NCBI GenBank assembly: GCA_041166385.1
Contig: JBEEFW010000101.1
Coordinates: 27,414 to 51,413 of the forward strand
Direction: 5' to 3'
Source: Acidimicrobiaceae bacterium
GTDB taxonomy: Bacteria > Actinomycetota > Acidimicrobiia > Acidimicrobiales > JACDCH01
DNA: 24,000 nt
Shown here one piece after another: positions 7,436 to 15,682 of this stretch (positions are counted from its first letter, which is position 1; each line of letters opens with the position of its first letter). Under the pieces are notes generated by a model, which was not told the DNA's origin, ran no database searches, and saw nothing but the letters and a program-made list of their open reading frames with translations. Position numbers and translations under genes: made by a program.

Positions 7436-9774
7436 GCAGACTTCGCACCTTCGCGGTCCGGCGCGTCATGGGCCGCCTGCGCATCGACGACGACATCGTC
7501 CGCCACCTGTCGACCTTCCAGCGACTGGGCGAGAAGTTCGACCTGGAGTCGCCCGGCGAGATGCTCCCCATCGGTGCCCGCACGGTCTTTCGCGCGCTAC
7601 GCACGCGCGCGGCGGCGCAGATCGGGCCGGACTGGGTGTGGCCGTACTGGCTCGAGAACCAGCTCGACCCCACGTCGCCGGCCTTCGTGCCGCGCGGCCA
7701 CCTCCCGTTCCTCACCAACGTCACCGCCCGCAACTGGACGGCCATCGGGAACGTCGCGTCGACCTGGGAGGCCATCGTCGATCCCCGGGGTCTCGTCACC
7801 ACGTGGTTCGACGGCTGGTCGCTCGACTGGTGGATCGGCGGCGACGATCGCTGGTACCTCCCGTCGCGCGAACAGCCGTCGCGCATGCGTCAGCGACTCG
7901 TCGGCGCGTCGCCGGTGGTCGAGACCGTGATGCGGATCCCAGGCGGTGAGGCCGTGCATCGCGCCTATTCGATCGTCGGAGACGACGAGCTGGTGATCGT
8001 CGAGATCGAGAATCGTTCGCGAGTTCCGTTCGCGGTCGCGCTCGCGGTGCGGCCGTACAACCCGGAAGGGCTCGCGGTCATCGAGCGCATCGAGCTCCAC
8101 GACGAGACCACCGTGACGGTCGACGGCCGCCCTGCGCTCCTGCTGCCGAAGGCGCCGGCGCGGGTCGCGGCGTCGACGTTTCACGAAGGGGACAGCGCAG
8201 CCACCGTGATGAGCGGCACCGCAGCCTCGGCCGACGCGTTCCCCAAACGTCTACGCGACGAAGCGGGCATGGCCCAGGCCGCGTTCATCTACCCGCTGCC
8301 GCACACCGCAACGTTGCGCGTCGCATTGCCGATGGTCGCGTCGAAACGAACGCGCCGTCGGGGCCTCACGCGCCGCCGGGTCGAGCGGGCGCCGTCATAC
8401 CCGACGGCGATCCCGTCGCCCGATCAGGTGGCCCGCGGATGGGCGGCGCAATCGAGCGGCGGGATGCGCCTCGTCCTTCCGGACGAGCGCCTGCAAGAGG
8501 CGGTCGACGCCAACTGCCGCTTCCTCCTCGTGTTGCACGACGGCGCCGACATCACGCCGGGACCGAGCACGTACCACCGGTTCTGGTTCCGCGACGCGGC
8601 GTTCCTCGTGGCCGCGCTCGACCGTTATGGGTTCCACGCGCAAGCGGCGGAGGTGCTCGCCTCGTATCCGGGCCGCCAGCGCGTCGATGGATTCTTCCTG
8701 AGCCAGCCGCGGGAGTGGGACGCGAACGGTTGTGCGTTGTGGGTGCTGGCGGAGCACTGGCGGCTCACGCGCGATCGCGAGCTGCTCGACGCGGTCGTTG
8801 GTTCGGTGGCGAAGGGCGCGCACTGGATCGAGCGCAAGCGGGGGAGCAAGCGGAAGCGGGCACCCGAGCTGTACGGGCTGTTGCCCGCGGGCGTGTCCGC
8901 CGAGCACCTCGGGCCGTTCGACTACTTCTTCTGGGACGACTTCTGGGGCGTCGCCGGTCTGCGCGCCGCGGCCGAGTTGCTCGAGGCGGCCGGTGAGACG
9001 GCGGCGGCCGCCGATGTGCGTCGCGATGCGGACTCCTTCTGGGCCGACGTGAAGGCGTCGCTCGGCATCGTGGCCAACCGCTTGGGGAGCGACGCGATCC
9101 CGGCTGGGCCTCGACGCCGGCTTGACGCCGGCGTCATCGGCTCGCTCGTCGCGTGCGATCCGTTGCATCTGCTGCCGGGGGACGACCCGCGCGTCCGCGC
9201 CACGATCGATGTGGTGCGCGATCGGTTCACGCTGGGCGACGCGTTCTATCAAGCGATCAGCCACACCGGGCTCGGCACGTACCTCACGCTGCAGGTCGCC
9301 GCCATCGAGCTCGAGGTCGGCGATCGGCGCGCGCTCGACCGGCTGCAATGGTTGATGGACGCGGCGACGCCGACGTGGACGTGGCCGGAGGCGATCCATC
9401 CCCGTCTTCCGGGCGGGTGCATGGGCGACGGTCACCACGGTTGGGCCGCGGCCGACTTCCTGTCGTTCGTGCGGCACATGCTCCTTCGCGAGACCGGCAC
9501 GACGGAGCCAGGGCTCGCGCTGTGCTCGATGATCCCCGACGACTGGTGGGGCCGTGGGATCGAGGTCCACGACGCGCCGACGCATTTCGGACGCATGTCA
9601 TACGCCGTGCGCTGGCACGGCGATCGTCCGGCGCTGCTGTGGGAACTCGAGCCCTTCGACGGCGTCGGTCGCGTGCGCCTCACCGCACCGGGGCTCGATC
9701 CGACGTGGTCGAGCGAGGAGCTTCGCGGTGACGCTCTTCTGGCTCCGGTACCCGCAAAGGAGGCCGTCGGGTGA
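7432..9774 (+). CDS. large (alpha/alpha)6-barrel glycosidase-like protein (GH15 / GDE_C-like); family-level call only
   Basis: 780 aa. YHRFWFRDAAFLVAAL, WDANGCALWVLAEHW and YFFWDDFWG resemble GH15 glucoamylase/trehalase-type barrels. The N-terminal ~350 aa are beta-rich. ATG 7432 overlaps the gpsA stop (ATGA). Confidence 0.65.
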   Translation: MSRLRTFAVRRVMGRLRIDDDIVRHLSTFQRLGEKFDLESPGEMLPIGARTVFRALRTRAAAQIGPDWVWPYWLENQLDPTSPAFVPRGHLPFLTNVTARNWTAIGNVASTWEAIVDPRGLVTTWFDGWSLDWWIGGDDRWYLPSREQPSRMRQRLVGASPVVETVMRIPGGEAVHRAYSIVGDDELVIVEIENRSRVPFAVALAVRPYNPEGLAVIERIELHDETTVTVDGRPALLLPKAPARVAASTFHEGDSAATVMSGTAASADAFPKRLRDEAGMAQAAFIYPLPHTATLRVALPMVASKRTRRRGLTRRRVERAPSYPTAIPSPDQVARGWAAQSSGGMRLVLPDERLQEAVDANCRFLLVLHDGADITPGPSTYHRFWFRDAAFLVAALDRYGFHAQAAEVLASYPGRQRVDGFFLSQPREWDANGCALWVLAEHWRLTRDRELLDAVVGSVAKGAHWIERKRGSKRKRAPELYGLLPAGVSAEHLGPFDYFFWDDFWGVAGLRAAAELLEAAGETAAAADVRRDADSFWADVKASLGIVANRLGSDAIPAGPRRRLDAGVIGSLVACDPLHLLPGDDPRVRATIDVVRDRFTLGDAFYQAISHTGLGTYLTLQVAAIELEVGDRRALDRLQWLMDAATPTWTWPEAIHPRLPGGCMGDGHHGWAAADFLSFVRHMLLRETGTTEPGLALCSMIPDDWWGRGIEVHDAPTHFGRMSYAVRWHGDRPALLWELEPFDGVGRVRLTAPGLDPTWSSEELRGDALLAPVPAKEAVG

Positions 9775-10946
9775 GCACGAGCTTCCAAACGCTGCGCCAG
9801 GTCGTCGAAGCGCTCGGGGTTCCGCAGGACGAGATCGAAAAGGCCGAGGCCGACGGCACGCTCGGCCTGTTGCTCGTCGACCGCATGATCCTCGCCGACA
9901 CGGACCCGAAGTACACGCAGAGCGACGTCGCCAAGCTCAGCGGGCTCGGCGAGGAGGCCGCTCGGTTCTGGCGGGCATTGGGCTTCCCCGATCCCGGTCC
10001 CGAGGATCGCATCTTCAGCGACCTCGACATCGAGATGCTCAAGCTCGTCGAGCAGTTCGTCACCCTCCGGCTGATCGAGCACGACGAAGCGCTGCAGATG
10101 GCGCGCGTCATCGGTTCGTCGATGGCCCGGGTCGCGTCCGCCCAGATCGATGCCATCGAGTCTCGGATCGACGAACCGACGTTCCAGGACGGCACGGAGC
10201 CGGGGGTGTTGCGGGCGCGCTTTCTGGTGCCGGCCATGCCGCGCATCCTCGAGTACACGTGGAAGCGCCACCTCCAGGTCGCCGCGCGTCGCCGTATGGT
10301 CCGGGAAACGGGCGCGGCGGAGGGCAATCGCGCCCAGGCCGTGGGTTTCGCCGACCTGGTCGGCTTCACGGCGCTCTCGCAACAGCTCAGCGATCACGAG
10401 TTGGCCGCCGTCGTCGATCGTTTCGAGGCGACGGCCTACGACATCGTCGGATCGTTGGGTGGGCGTGTCATCAAGATGATCGGCGACGAAGTCATGTTCG
10501 CGGTGGACGACGTCGCGACTGCCGTGGAGATCGCCTTGTCATTGGCGGAGGCGTATCACGACGACGAATCGTTGTCGGATGTGCGCGTCGGGCTCGCCTA
10601 CGGACCGGTGCTCGAGCGTGAAGGCGATCTCTTCGGCCCAACCGTGAACCTCGCGAGCCGGATCGTGTCCATCGCGTATGCCGCATCCGTTGTTGTGTCG
10701 TCGGACATCCATGACGCGCTGGTCGACGACGAGCGACTCCAATGGAAGTCACTGCGGACCCGCCAGCTGAAAGACATCGGACGAGTGCACCTCTGGACCG
10801 TTCGTCGAATCGGGGACGCGTTCGAACGCGAGGGTGTGCGAGAGCGGGCTCGCCGCCGCCGGGGCACGATCCGCGACAAGGTGACCGAGGTCATGGAGCG
10901 GCGCGCCGCCGCCGACGACGACACGAAGGACGGCGAGGAGGAATGA
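9771..10946 (+). CDS. class III adenylate/guanylate cyclase with an N-terminal Rv2212/Rv1359-like regulatory domain
   Basis: Catalytic-domain motifs VGFADLVGFTALS, VIKMIGDEVMFAV, VRVGLAYGPV and GDLFGPTVNLASRI. GTG 9771 overlaps the upstream TGA (GTGA). Confidence 0.88.
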   Translation: MSTSFQTLRQVVEALGVPQDEIEKAEADGTLGLLLVDRMILADTDPKYTQSDVAKLSGLGEEAARFWRALGFPDPGPEDRIFSDLDIEMLKLVEQFVTLRLIEHDEALQMARVIGSSMARVASAQIDAIESRIDEPTFQDGTEPGVLRARFLVPAMPRILEYTWKRHLQVAARRRMVRETGAAEGNRAQAVGFADLVGFTALSQQLSDHELAAVVDRFEATAYDIVGSLGGRVIKMIGDEVMFAVDDVATAVEIALSLAEAYHDDESLSDVRVGLAYGPVLEREGDLFGPTVNLASRIVSIAYAASVVVSSDIHDALVDDERLQWKSLRTRQLKDIGRVHLWTVRRIGDAFEREGVRERARRRRGTIRDKVTEVMERRAAADDDTKDGEEE

Positions 10947-10962
10947 CGCTCGGGGCGCGACG

Positions 10963-10990
10963 AAGGCCCCAACTGGGCAGGCGGGGCCTT
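10963..10990 (+). terminator. candidate intrinsic terminator hairpin after the cyclase gene
   Basis: AAGGCCCC (10963-10970) pairs with GGGGCCTT (10983-10990) around a 12-nt loop. It begins 17 nt after the TGA. No U-tract follows. Confidence 0.4.
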
Positions 10991-11143
10991 ACGCACGCTG
11001 CGACCAGGATCTCAGGTTGGCGGAACCCATGACCGTGCCGAGGTGCTTCGTCGCACGGCAGACAGGGTCCAGGCCAGCCGGTTGGGGTGTGGAACCACCC
11101 TGCCCATGTTGTATCGCGTCGAGATCGGAGTAGACAACGGCGG

Positions 11144-12130
11144 ATGATCCGAGCAGGCCTGCAAATTCCGAACTTCACGTACCCCGGCGTCGCCCCCGAC
11201 CAGCTCTTCGAGCGCATCGCCGACGTTGCCGTCGCCGCCGAGGAATCGGGCTTCGACACCGTGATGGTGATGGATCACTTCTACCAACTGCCGTTGCTGG
11301 GGCCGCCTGAGCACGAGATGTTCGAGGCGTACACGCTGCTCGGGGCCATCGCGGCGCGCACCAAGAGCGTGAAGTTGGGCACCTTGGTCACGGGGGTGAC
11401 GTATCGCAATCCGGCGATCCTCGCCAAGATCGTGACATCGCTCGATATGATCTCGAAGGGCCGCGCCTTCCTTGGCATCGGGGCCGCGTGGTTCGACCAG
11501 GAGCACGAAGCCCTGGGCGTCGAATTTCCTCCGGTGAAAGAGCGTTTCGAGCGGCTCGAGGAGGCCCTACACATCTGCCGGGCGATGTTCCGCGGCGAGC
11601 GACCAACCTTCGAAGGCAAGCACTACCGCGTGAAGGACGCCATCAATTCGCCCGCGCCGATCACGCCCGGCGGTCCGCCGATCATGATCGGGGGCCAGGG
11701 CGAGAAGAAGACGCTGCGCCTCATGGCCGAACACGCGGAGATGGCGAACTTCACCGCCGGGTTCGACGAGATCCCTCGCAAGCTGGAGGTGCTCGCGCAG
11801 CATTGCTCGGACGTCGGACGCGACATCAACACGATCAACAAGACGCCGCTCGGGTCGTTGATCCTCGGCGACACGATGGAGGAAGCCGAAGGCAAGCGGT
11901 CTGCGCTGCTGCAGGAGCGGGGCCTGCCGCCGTGGGATCAGCTCGACGACGGCATGAAGGCGATGATCGGGGCGCGGTTCGTCGTGGGCGACGCCGACGC
12001 GGCCGGTGAGCAGCTGCAATCACTGCTCGCCCTCGGCATCGACGGCTTCACGTTCAACATGCCGGCCGATGGCTGGGAGATAGATGCCGTGCAGCGCGCC
12101 GGTCAAGTGGTGCGCAAGGCGGTGTCCTAG
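11144..12130 (+). CDS. LLM-class F420-dependent oxidoreductase (Rv1855c-like subfamily)
   Basis: MIRAGLQIPNFTYPG, VMVMDHFYQLP, TGVTYRNPA and FLGIGAAWF match the luciferase-like monooxygenase fold and the Rv1855c-type N-terminal pattern. Start is ATG 11144. Confidence 0.85.
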   Translation: MIRAGLQIPNFTYPGVAPDQLFERIADVAVAAEESGFDTVMVMDHFYQLPLLGPPEHEMFEAYTLLGAIAARTKSVKLGTLVTGVTYRNPAILAKIVTSLDMISKGRAFLGIGAAWFDQEHEALGVEFPPVKERFERLEEALHICRAMFRGERPTFEGKHYRVKDAINSPAPITPGGPPIMIGGQGEKKTLRLMAEHAEMANFTAGFDEIPRKLEVLAQHCSDVGRDINTINKTPLGSLILGDTMEEAEGKRSALLQERGLPPWDQLDDGMKAMIGARFVVGDADAAGEQLQSLLALGIDGFTFNMPADGWEIDAVQRAGQVVRKAVS

Positions 12131-14736
12131 TCGTCCAGCACGGCGGTGGCGATGCGCCACGGCCCGAGCGTGAACTGCTCCTCGAAAGGCTCGACCGGAC
12201 GGCCGCGCAGGTCGACGAGCCAGCCGCGACGGCCGTCGACGGTGACGGTCGTGGTGTCGGCGGACGGATTGAACACGCGCAGCTCCAACCGTCCCGCGGC
12301 TCGCCGTAGCGATGACACCGGCGCGCCGTCGACGGACAACGCCTGACCGGACGTTGCCGTCGAGGCATCGACGCCGCCTGACGTCGCGCGCAGCACTTGC
12401 AGCGGCACCAGAACGTCGTCGGCCAGCGCGAACGGATCGGCGTCTCCGACATGGAGTGCGTAGGAAGCCACGACCGGCTTCTGCAGCTGCGATCCCTCCA
12501 TAGGGGTGATCGGGCCCGCGGGCAGCGGCCGCGTCGCCATCGGTCCCTGCGACAGCAGGCCCGTGCACCGAGCCAGCGTGAGCGCGAGTTCGTGCGCGTG
12601 ACCATCTCGGATGTCCGTCAGCTCGTACTCGCGCACGCCGTCGTGCACGACGGTGAGCCCGCCGGCTTGCACGAACCGTTTGGACGGGAACGTCGGGATG
12701 CCGAGCTCGGTCGGTCCGCCTTCGGCCTCGAGGCCGCGCTCGACCACCGCAAACACGCACTCCGCACGGGACGAGGTCGCCGGTTCGGGAAGCGGCAACG
12801 TGACTCGCACGCGCTGATCGCGTGTCCGATTGGTCCATGCCGTCTCCACGCGTACGAACGGCTCGCCGGCGCCGAGCTCCAATGTGGTGGCGACGTCGAC
12901 ATCGACCAACGGCCCACCGTGACGCTCCGGCCAGCGGTACGTCGCGGCGATGCGCACTCGGGCTCGCACCGGTCCCGACTCGAGCACCTCGATCGCGACA
13001 CGCTCGGGCCGGTCGATCTCGCTGTCGCCATCGGGAGGGCACCAGTTGTAGGTGTCGCCGACGTCGCCGCCGTGCACGATGCGACCGAACCCGGCCACGC
13101 CGTTGATCGACCACGTGCCGTCGGCTGCGATGTCGATGCGCACGAGCCCGTTGTCGAGCATCGCGTCGCTCGCGGTGACGGGTGCGACGTCGAGCGCGCC
13201 GGCGGCGAACGTGCGCCAGCCGAAACCGGGCACGTCGCTCACGCGGGCGAGGACCTTCTGCGTCGGGAGTGCGGTGGCACGAATGCGCACCCGCCCCGTT
13301 GCAGAACCGGCCAGAGCGTCGAGCTCGGTACGCGCGCCAGGCTCGAGGAGCTCGCCGTGCTCATCGCGCTCCGCCGACCACAGCACGGCGCCCGTGTCGA
13401 CGGACTCGAGCGTGAGGCCGAGGATGCGGTCGTTGTGCTTGAGCTCGCGGATGACGACGGCCGCCATGTCCGCAAGGTCGAGCTCAGCCAACACGCGCTC
13501 GGCCGGCCGAACGTTCAGCACCTGCGCGCCGTCGAGCGGATCGTTGCCCGGCAAGATGAGCTCGACGAGTCCGCTGCGTGGCCGAGCGGATGGGTTCACG
13601 ATCACCGGTCCGTCGGCCACGATCGTGGAGGCGAGCGCGTTCAGCGCGCGCGCCGCAAGGCCTTCACCGATCTGCGTCGCTTCCGCGTACCGATGCAGCA
13701 CGGCGTCGCACACTTCGTCGACCGAGCAGGCACAGATCGAATCGTGCGCCGAGTTGCGGATCAGGCTGAGCCACGCCTCGTCGAGCAACGCGCCGGGCCA
13801 GCGTTCCGGCGGTTGATGGAGCGCCGCAAGCGGCTCGGCCAGTTGTTCGAGCGATCGTTCCGCACGGGCAGCAGCCTGACGAACGTCGACGCGGTTCGAC
13901 GTGACGCCCATCAGCAAGTTGGCGCGCGCCCCGGATCGCAGTTCGCCGGTCCATGCAGGCAGATCGTCCGTTGCCGCGCGTGAAAGGTGGTCGGCCAGCG
14001 ACGTCACCACGAGTTCGTAGTCGTCCTGCAACCCGTTCGCCTCGTCGACGACGCGTCCGAGCCAGGGCTGCGGCATGAGGTGGTCGGTGCCGTTCATCCA
14101 GAGGATGGGTCCGACGAGGAACGACTCCCAGTCCGACTCGAAGTCGGCCACCGCCCCGACCAGCGCCTTCGCGTCGTCGGGCAACCGCGCGCCGTTGCCG
14201 TACCCCTGCGGGAGGTACTCGGCCCGCACGGTCGAACCGTCGGGCGCCGACCACCAGAACGCGCTGCGGTCGACCGACGACGGCACGCCGCGCCACACCA
14301 CCGCGTGCTCGAACCCGAACAGGGCGAGCAGCTGCGGCATCTGGGCGACGTGGCCGAACATGTCGGGCAGGTAGCCGACGTCCATCGCCCCGCCGAACGC
14401 GGCGGCCCGATCGAGACCGCGTTGCAAGTTGCGCACCGTGGTCTCGCCCGACACGAGGAACTCGTCCATGAGGATGTACCAGGGTCCGGCGGACACGCGT
14501 CCAGACGCGGCGAGGCGACGAAGCGTCGCTTCCGCCTCGGGCCGCACCGCGAGGTAGTCGTCGACCACGGCCATCTGCCCATCGAGCATGAAGTGCGCGT
14601 ACGACGGGTCGGCGTCGAGCCGGGGGAGCAGGTCGTCGAGCAGGTCGACCAACCGCAACCGGAATGTCTGGAACGGCGAGTACCACTCGCGATCCCAGTG
14701 CGTGTGAGGAACGATCGACACCGTGCGCCGCGTCAT
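12127..14736 (-). CDS. glycoside hydrolase family 38 alpha-mannosidase
   Basis: VSIVPHTHWDREWY, HFMLDGQ and YLPDMFGH are GH38 N-domain signatures. The protein is 869 aa from ATG 14736. The track start 14856 is an upstream extension into the divergent gene. Confidence 0.9.
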   Translation of the reverse strand: MTRRTVSIVPHTHWDREWYSPFQTFRLRLVDLLDDLLPRLDADPSYAHFMLDGQMAVVDDYLAVRPEAEATLRRLAASGRVSAGPWYILMDEFLVSGETTVRNLQRGLDRAAAFGGAMDVGYLPDMFGHVAQMPQLLALFGFEHAVVWRGVPSSVDRSAFWWSAPDGSTVRAEYLPQGYGNGARLPDDAKALVGAVADFESDWESFLVGPILWMNGTDHLMPQPWLGRVVDEANGLQDDYELVVTSLADHLSRAATDDLPAWTGELRSGARANLLMGVTSNRVDVRQAAARAERSLEQLAEPLAALHQPPERWPGALLDEAWLSLIRNSAHDSICACSVDEVCDAVLHRYAEATQIGEGLAARALNALASTIVADGPVIVNPSARPRSGLVELILPGNDPLDGAQVLNVRPAERVLAELDLADMAAVVIRELKHNDRILGLTLESVDTGAVLWSAERDEHGELLEPGARTELDALAGSATGRVRIRATALPTQKVLARVSDVPGFGWRTFAAGALDVAPVTASDAMLDNGLVRIDIAADGTWSINGVAGFGRIVHGGDVGDTYNWCPPDGDSEIDRPERVAIEVLESGPVRARVRIAATYRWPERHGGPLVDVDVATTLELGAGEPFVRVETAWTNRTRDQRVRVTLPLPEPATSSRAECVFAVVERGLEAEGGPTELGIPTFPSKRFVQAGGLTVVHDGVREYELTDIRDGHAHELALTLARCTGLLSQGPMATRPLPAGPITPMEGSQLQKPVVASYALHVGDADPFALADDVLVPLQVLRATSGGVDASTATSGQALSVDGAPVSSLRRAAGRLELRVFNPSADTTTVTVDGRRGWLVDLRGRPVEPFEEQFTLGPWRIATAVLDD

Positions 14737-14768
14737 GTGCGAAGGGTACGGCAGTAGCGTCGCCGGCG
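14737..14768. promoter_or_regulatory. 32-bp divergent intergenic region with candidate -10 hexamers placed for leaderless transcripts
   Basis: Plus strand: TAGCGT (14755-14760) lies 8 nt before ATG 14769. Minus strand: TACCCT (14748-14743) lies 6 nt before ATG 14736. Both fit TAnnnT. Neither start has a Shine-Dalgarno sequence. Confidence 0.35.
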
Positions 14769-15614
14769 ATGTGTGACTGCCTCGTGGCTCTGTATCCGGC
14801 GACCGCGAGCAGCACATTGTTCGCCAAGAACTCGGATCGGCCGCCATCAGAGGCACAGGCCGTCGAGCGATTCGGACCGCGCCGCGAGTCCACGACGCGC
14901 ACGACGCACATCGAGATCGACGGTTGGCCCCGGGACACCATCGCGTTCGCCGGCTCCCGGCCGACGTGGATGTGGGGCGTCGAGCACGGCGTGAACGTGG
15001 CGGGCGTCGCCGCGGGCAACGCCACGATCTACACGACCCTCGACCCGCGCGGCGCCCCCGATGGTCTCACCGGAATGGACCTTGTGCGGCTGGCCCTCGA
15101 GCGAGCGCCGACCGCGCCGGAGGCCGTCGACTTGATCGGTGAGCTGTTGCAACGCCACGGACAAGGGGGCACGGGCCACGACGGCGTGGACCGTCCGTAC
15201 TGGTCGTCGTTCCTCGTGGCCGACCCGCTGCATGCGTTCGTGATCGAGACGAGCGGCTCCGTGTTCGCCGTCGAGCCCGTCGAGCGGACGCGGGCAACCT
15301 CGAACCGCACGACGATTCCCGCGTTCGACGCCGAGCACCGGCATCCGCGCCAACCCGTGGAGCAGTTGGTCGACGGGCGCCTCGCGGCCAGCGACGCCGT
15401 GCTTGCGCACGAACCGGTCACGGTCGACGCGCTGATGGCGCACCTGCGTTCGCACGTCGGCGGCGAGGACGGCTACACGGTGTGCATGCACGTCCCCGAT
15501 GTCGAAGCGACGACGGCGTCGATGATCGCCGAGCTGCCGATCGGCGGCCCGCCCAAGGCCTGGTTCCTCACGGGCTCACCGTGCACCGGTGAGTACGCCC
15601 GCTTCGACCCCTGA
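14769..15614 (+). CDS. C69/secernin-like Ntn-hydrolase (Cys-nucleophile peptidase family), short form
   Basis: Starts MCDCLVAL, with Cys directly after Met, followed by TLFAKNSDRPPSE and GMDLVRLALERAPTAPEAVDLIGELLQRHGQGG. These are characteristic of peptidase C69/secernin. It is only 281 aa. Confidence 0.7.
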   Translation: MCDCLVALYPATASSTLFAKNSDRPPSEAQAVERFGPRRESTTRTTHIEIDGWPRDTIAFAGSRPTWMWGVEHGVNVAGVAAGNATIYTTLDPRGAPDGLTGMDLVRLALERAPTAPEAVDLIGELLQRHGQGGTGHDGVDRPYWSSFLVADPLHAFVIETSGSVFAVEPVERTRATSNRTTIPAFDAEHRHPRQPVEQLVDGRLAASDAVLAHEPVTVDALMAHLRSHVGGEDGYTVCMHVPDVEATTASMIAELPIGGPPKAWFLTGSPCTGEYARFDP

Positions 15615-15622
15615 CCCCCGAA

Positions 15623-15665
15623 CTCGAGGCAATAAGCATCGGTAGCCGATGCTTATTGCCTCGAG
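15623..15665 (+). terminator. perfect 43-nt palindrome (20-bp arms, 3-nt loop): terminator or regulatory hairpin
   Basis: CTCGAGGCAATAAGCATCGG-tag-CCGATGCTTATTGCCTCGAG. It starts 8 nt after the C69 stop and ends 7 nt before AAGGAGG (15673-15679) of the next gene. No U-tract follows. Confidence 0.55.
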
Positions 15666-15682
15666 AATGGGTAAGGAGGGGC

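Noticed and set aside
8395-9585. 396-aa minus-strand ORF, plus 9432-10397 and 9680-10369, opposite the GH15-like and cyclase genes
   Set aside because: These are antisense shadow ORFs with Arg/Pro/His-rich translations and no motifs. The plus-strand genes have coherent domains and coupled start/stop overlaps.
12397-15025. 528-aa plus-strand ORF (12397-13983) and 453-aa minus-strand ORF (13664-15025) over the GH38 region
   Set aside because: Both are out of frame with, or antisense to, the GH38 gene, whose N-domain motifs are unambiguous. Their translations are Arg-rich and low-complexity.
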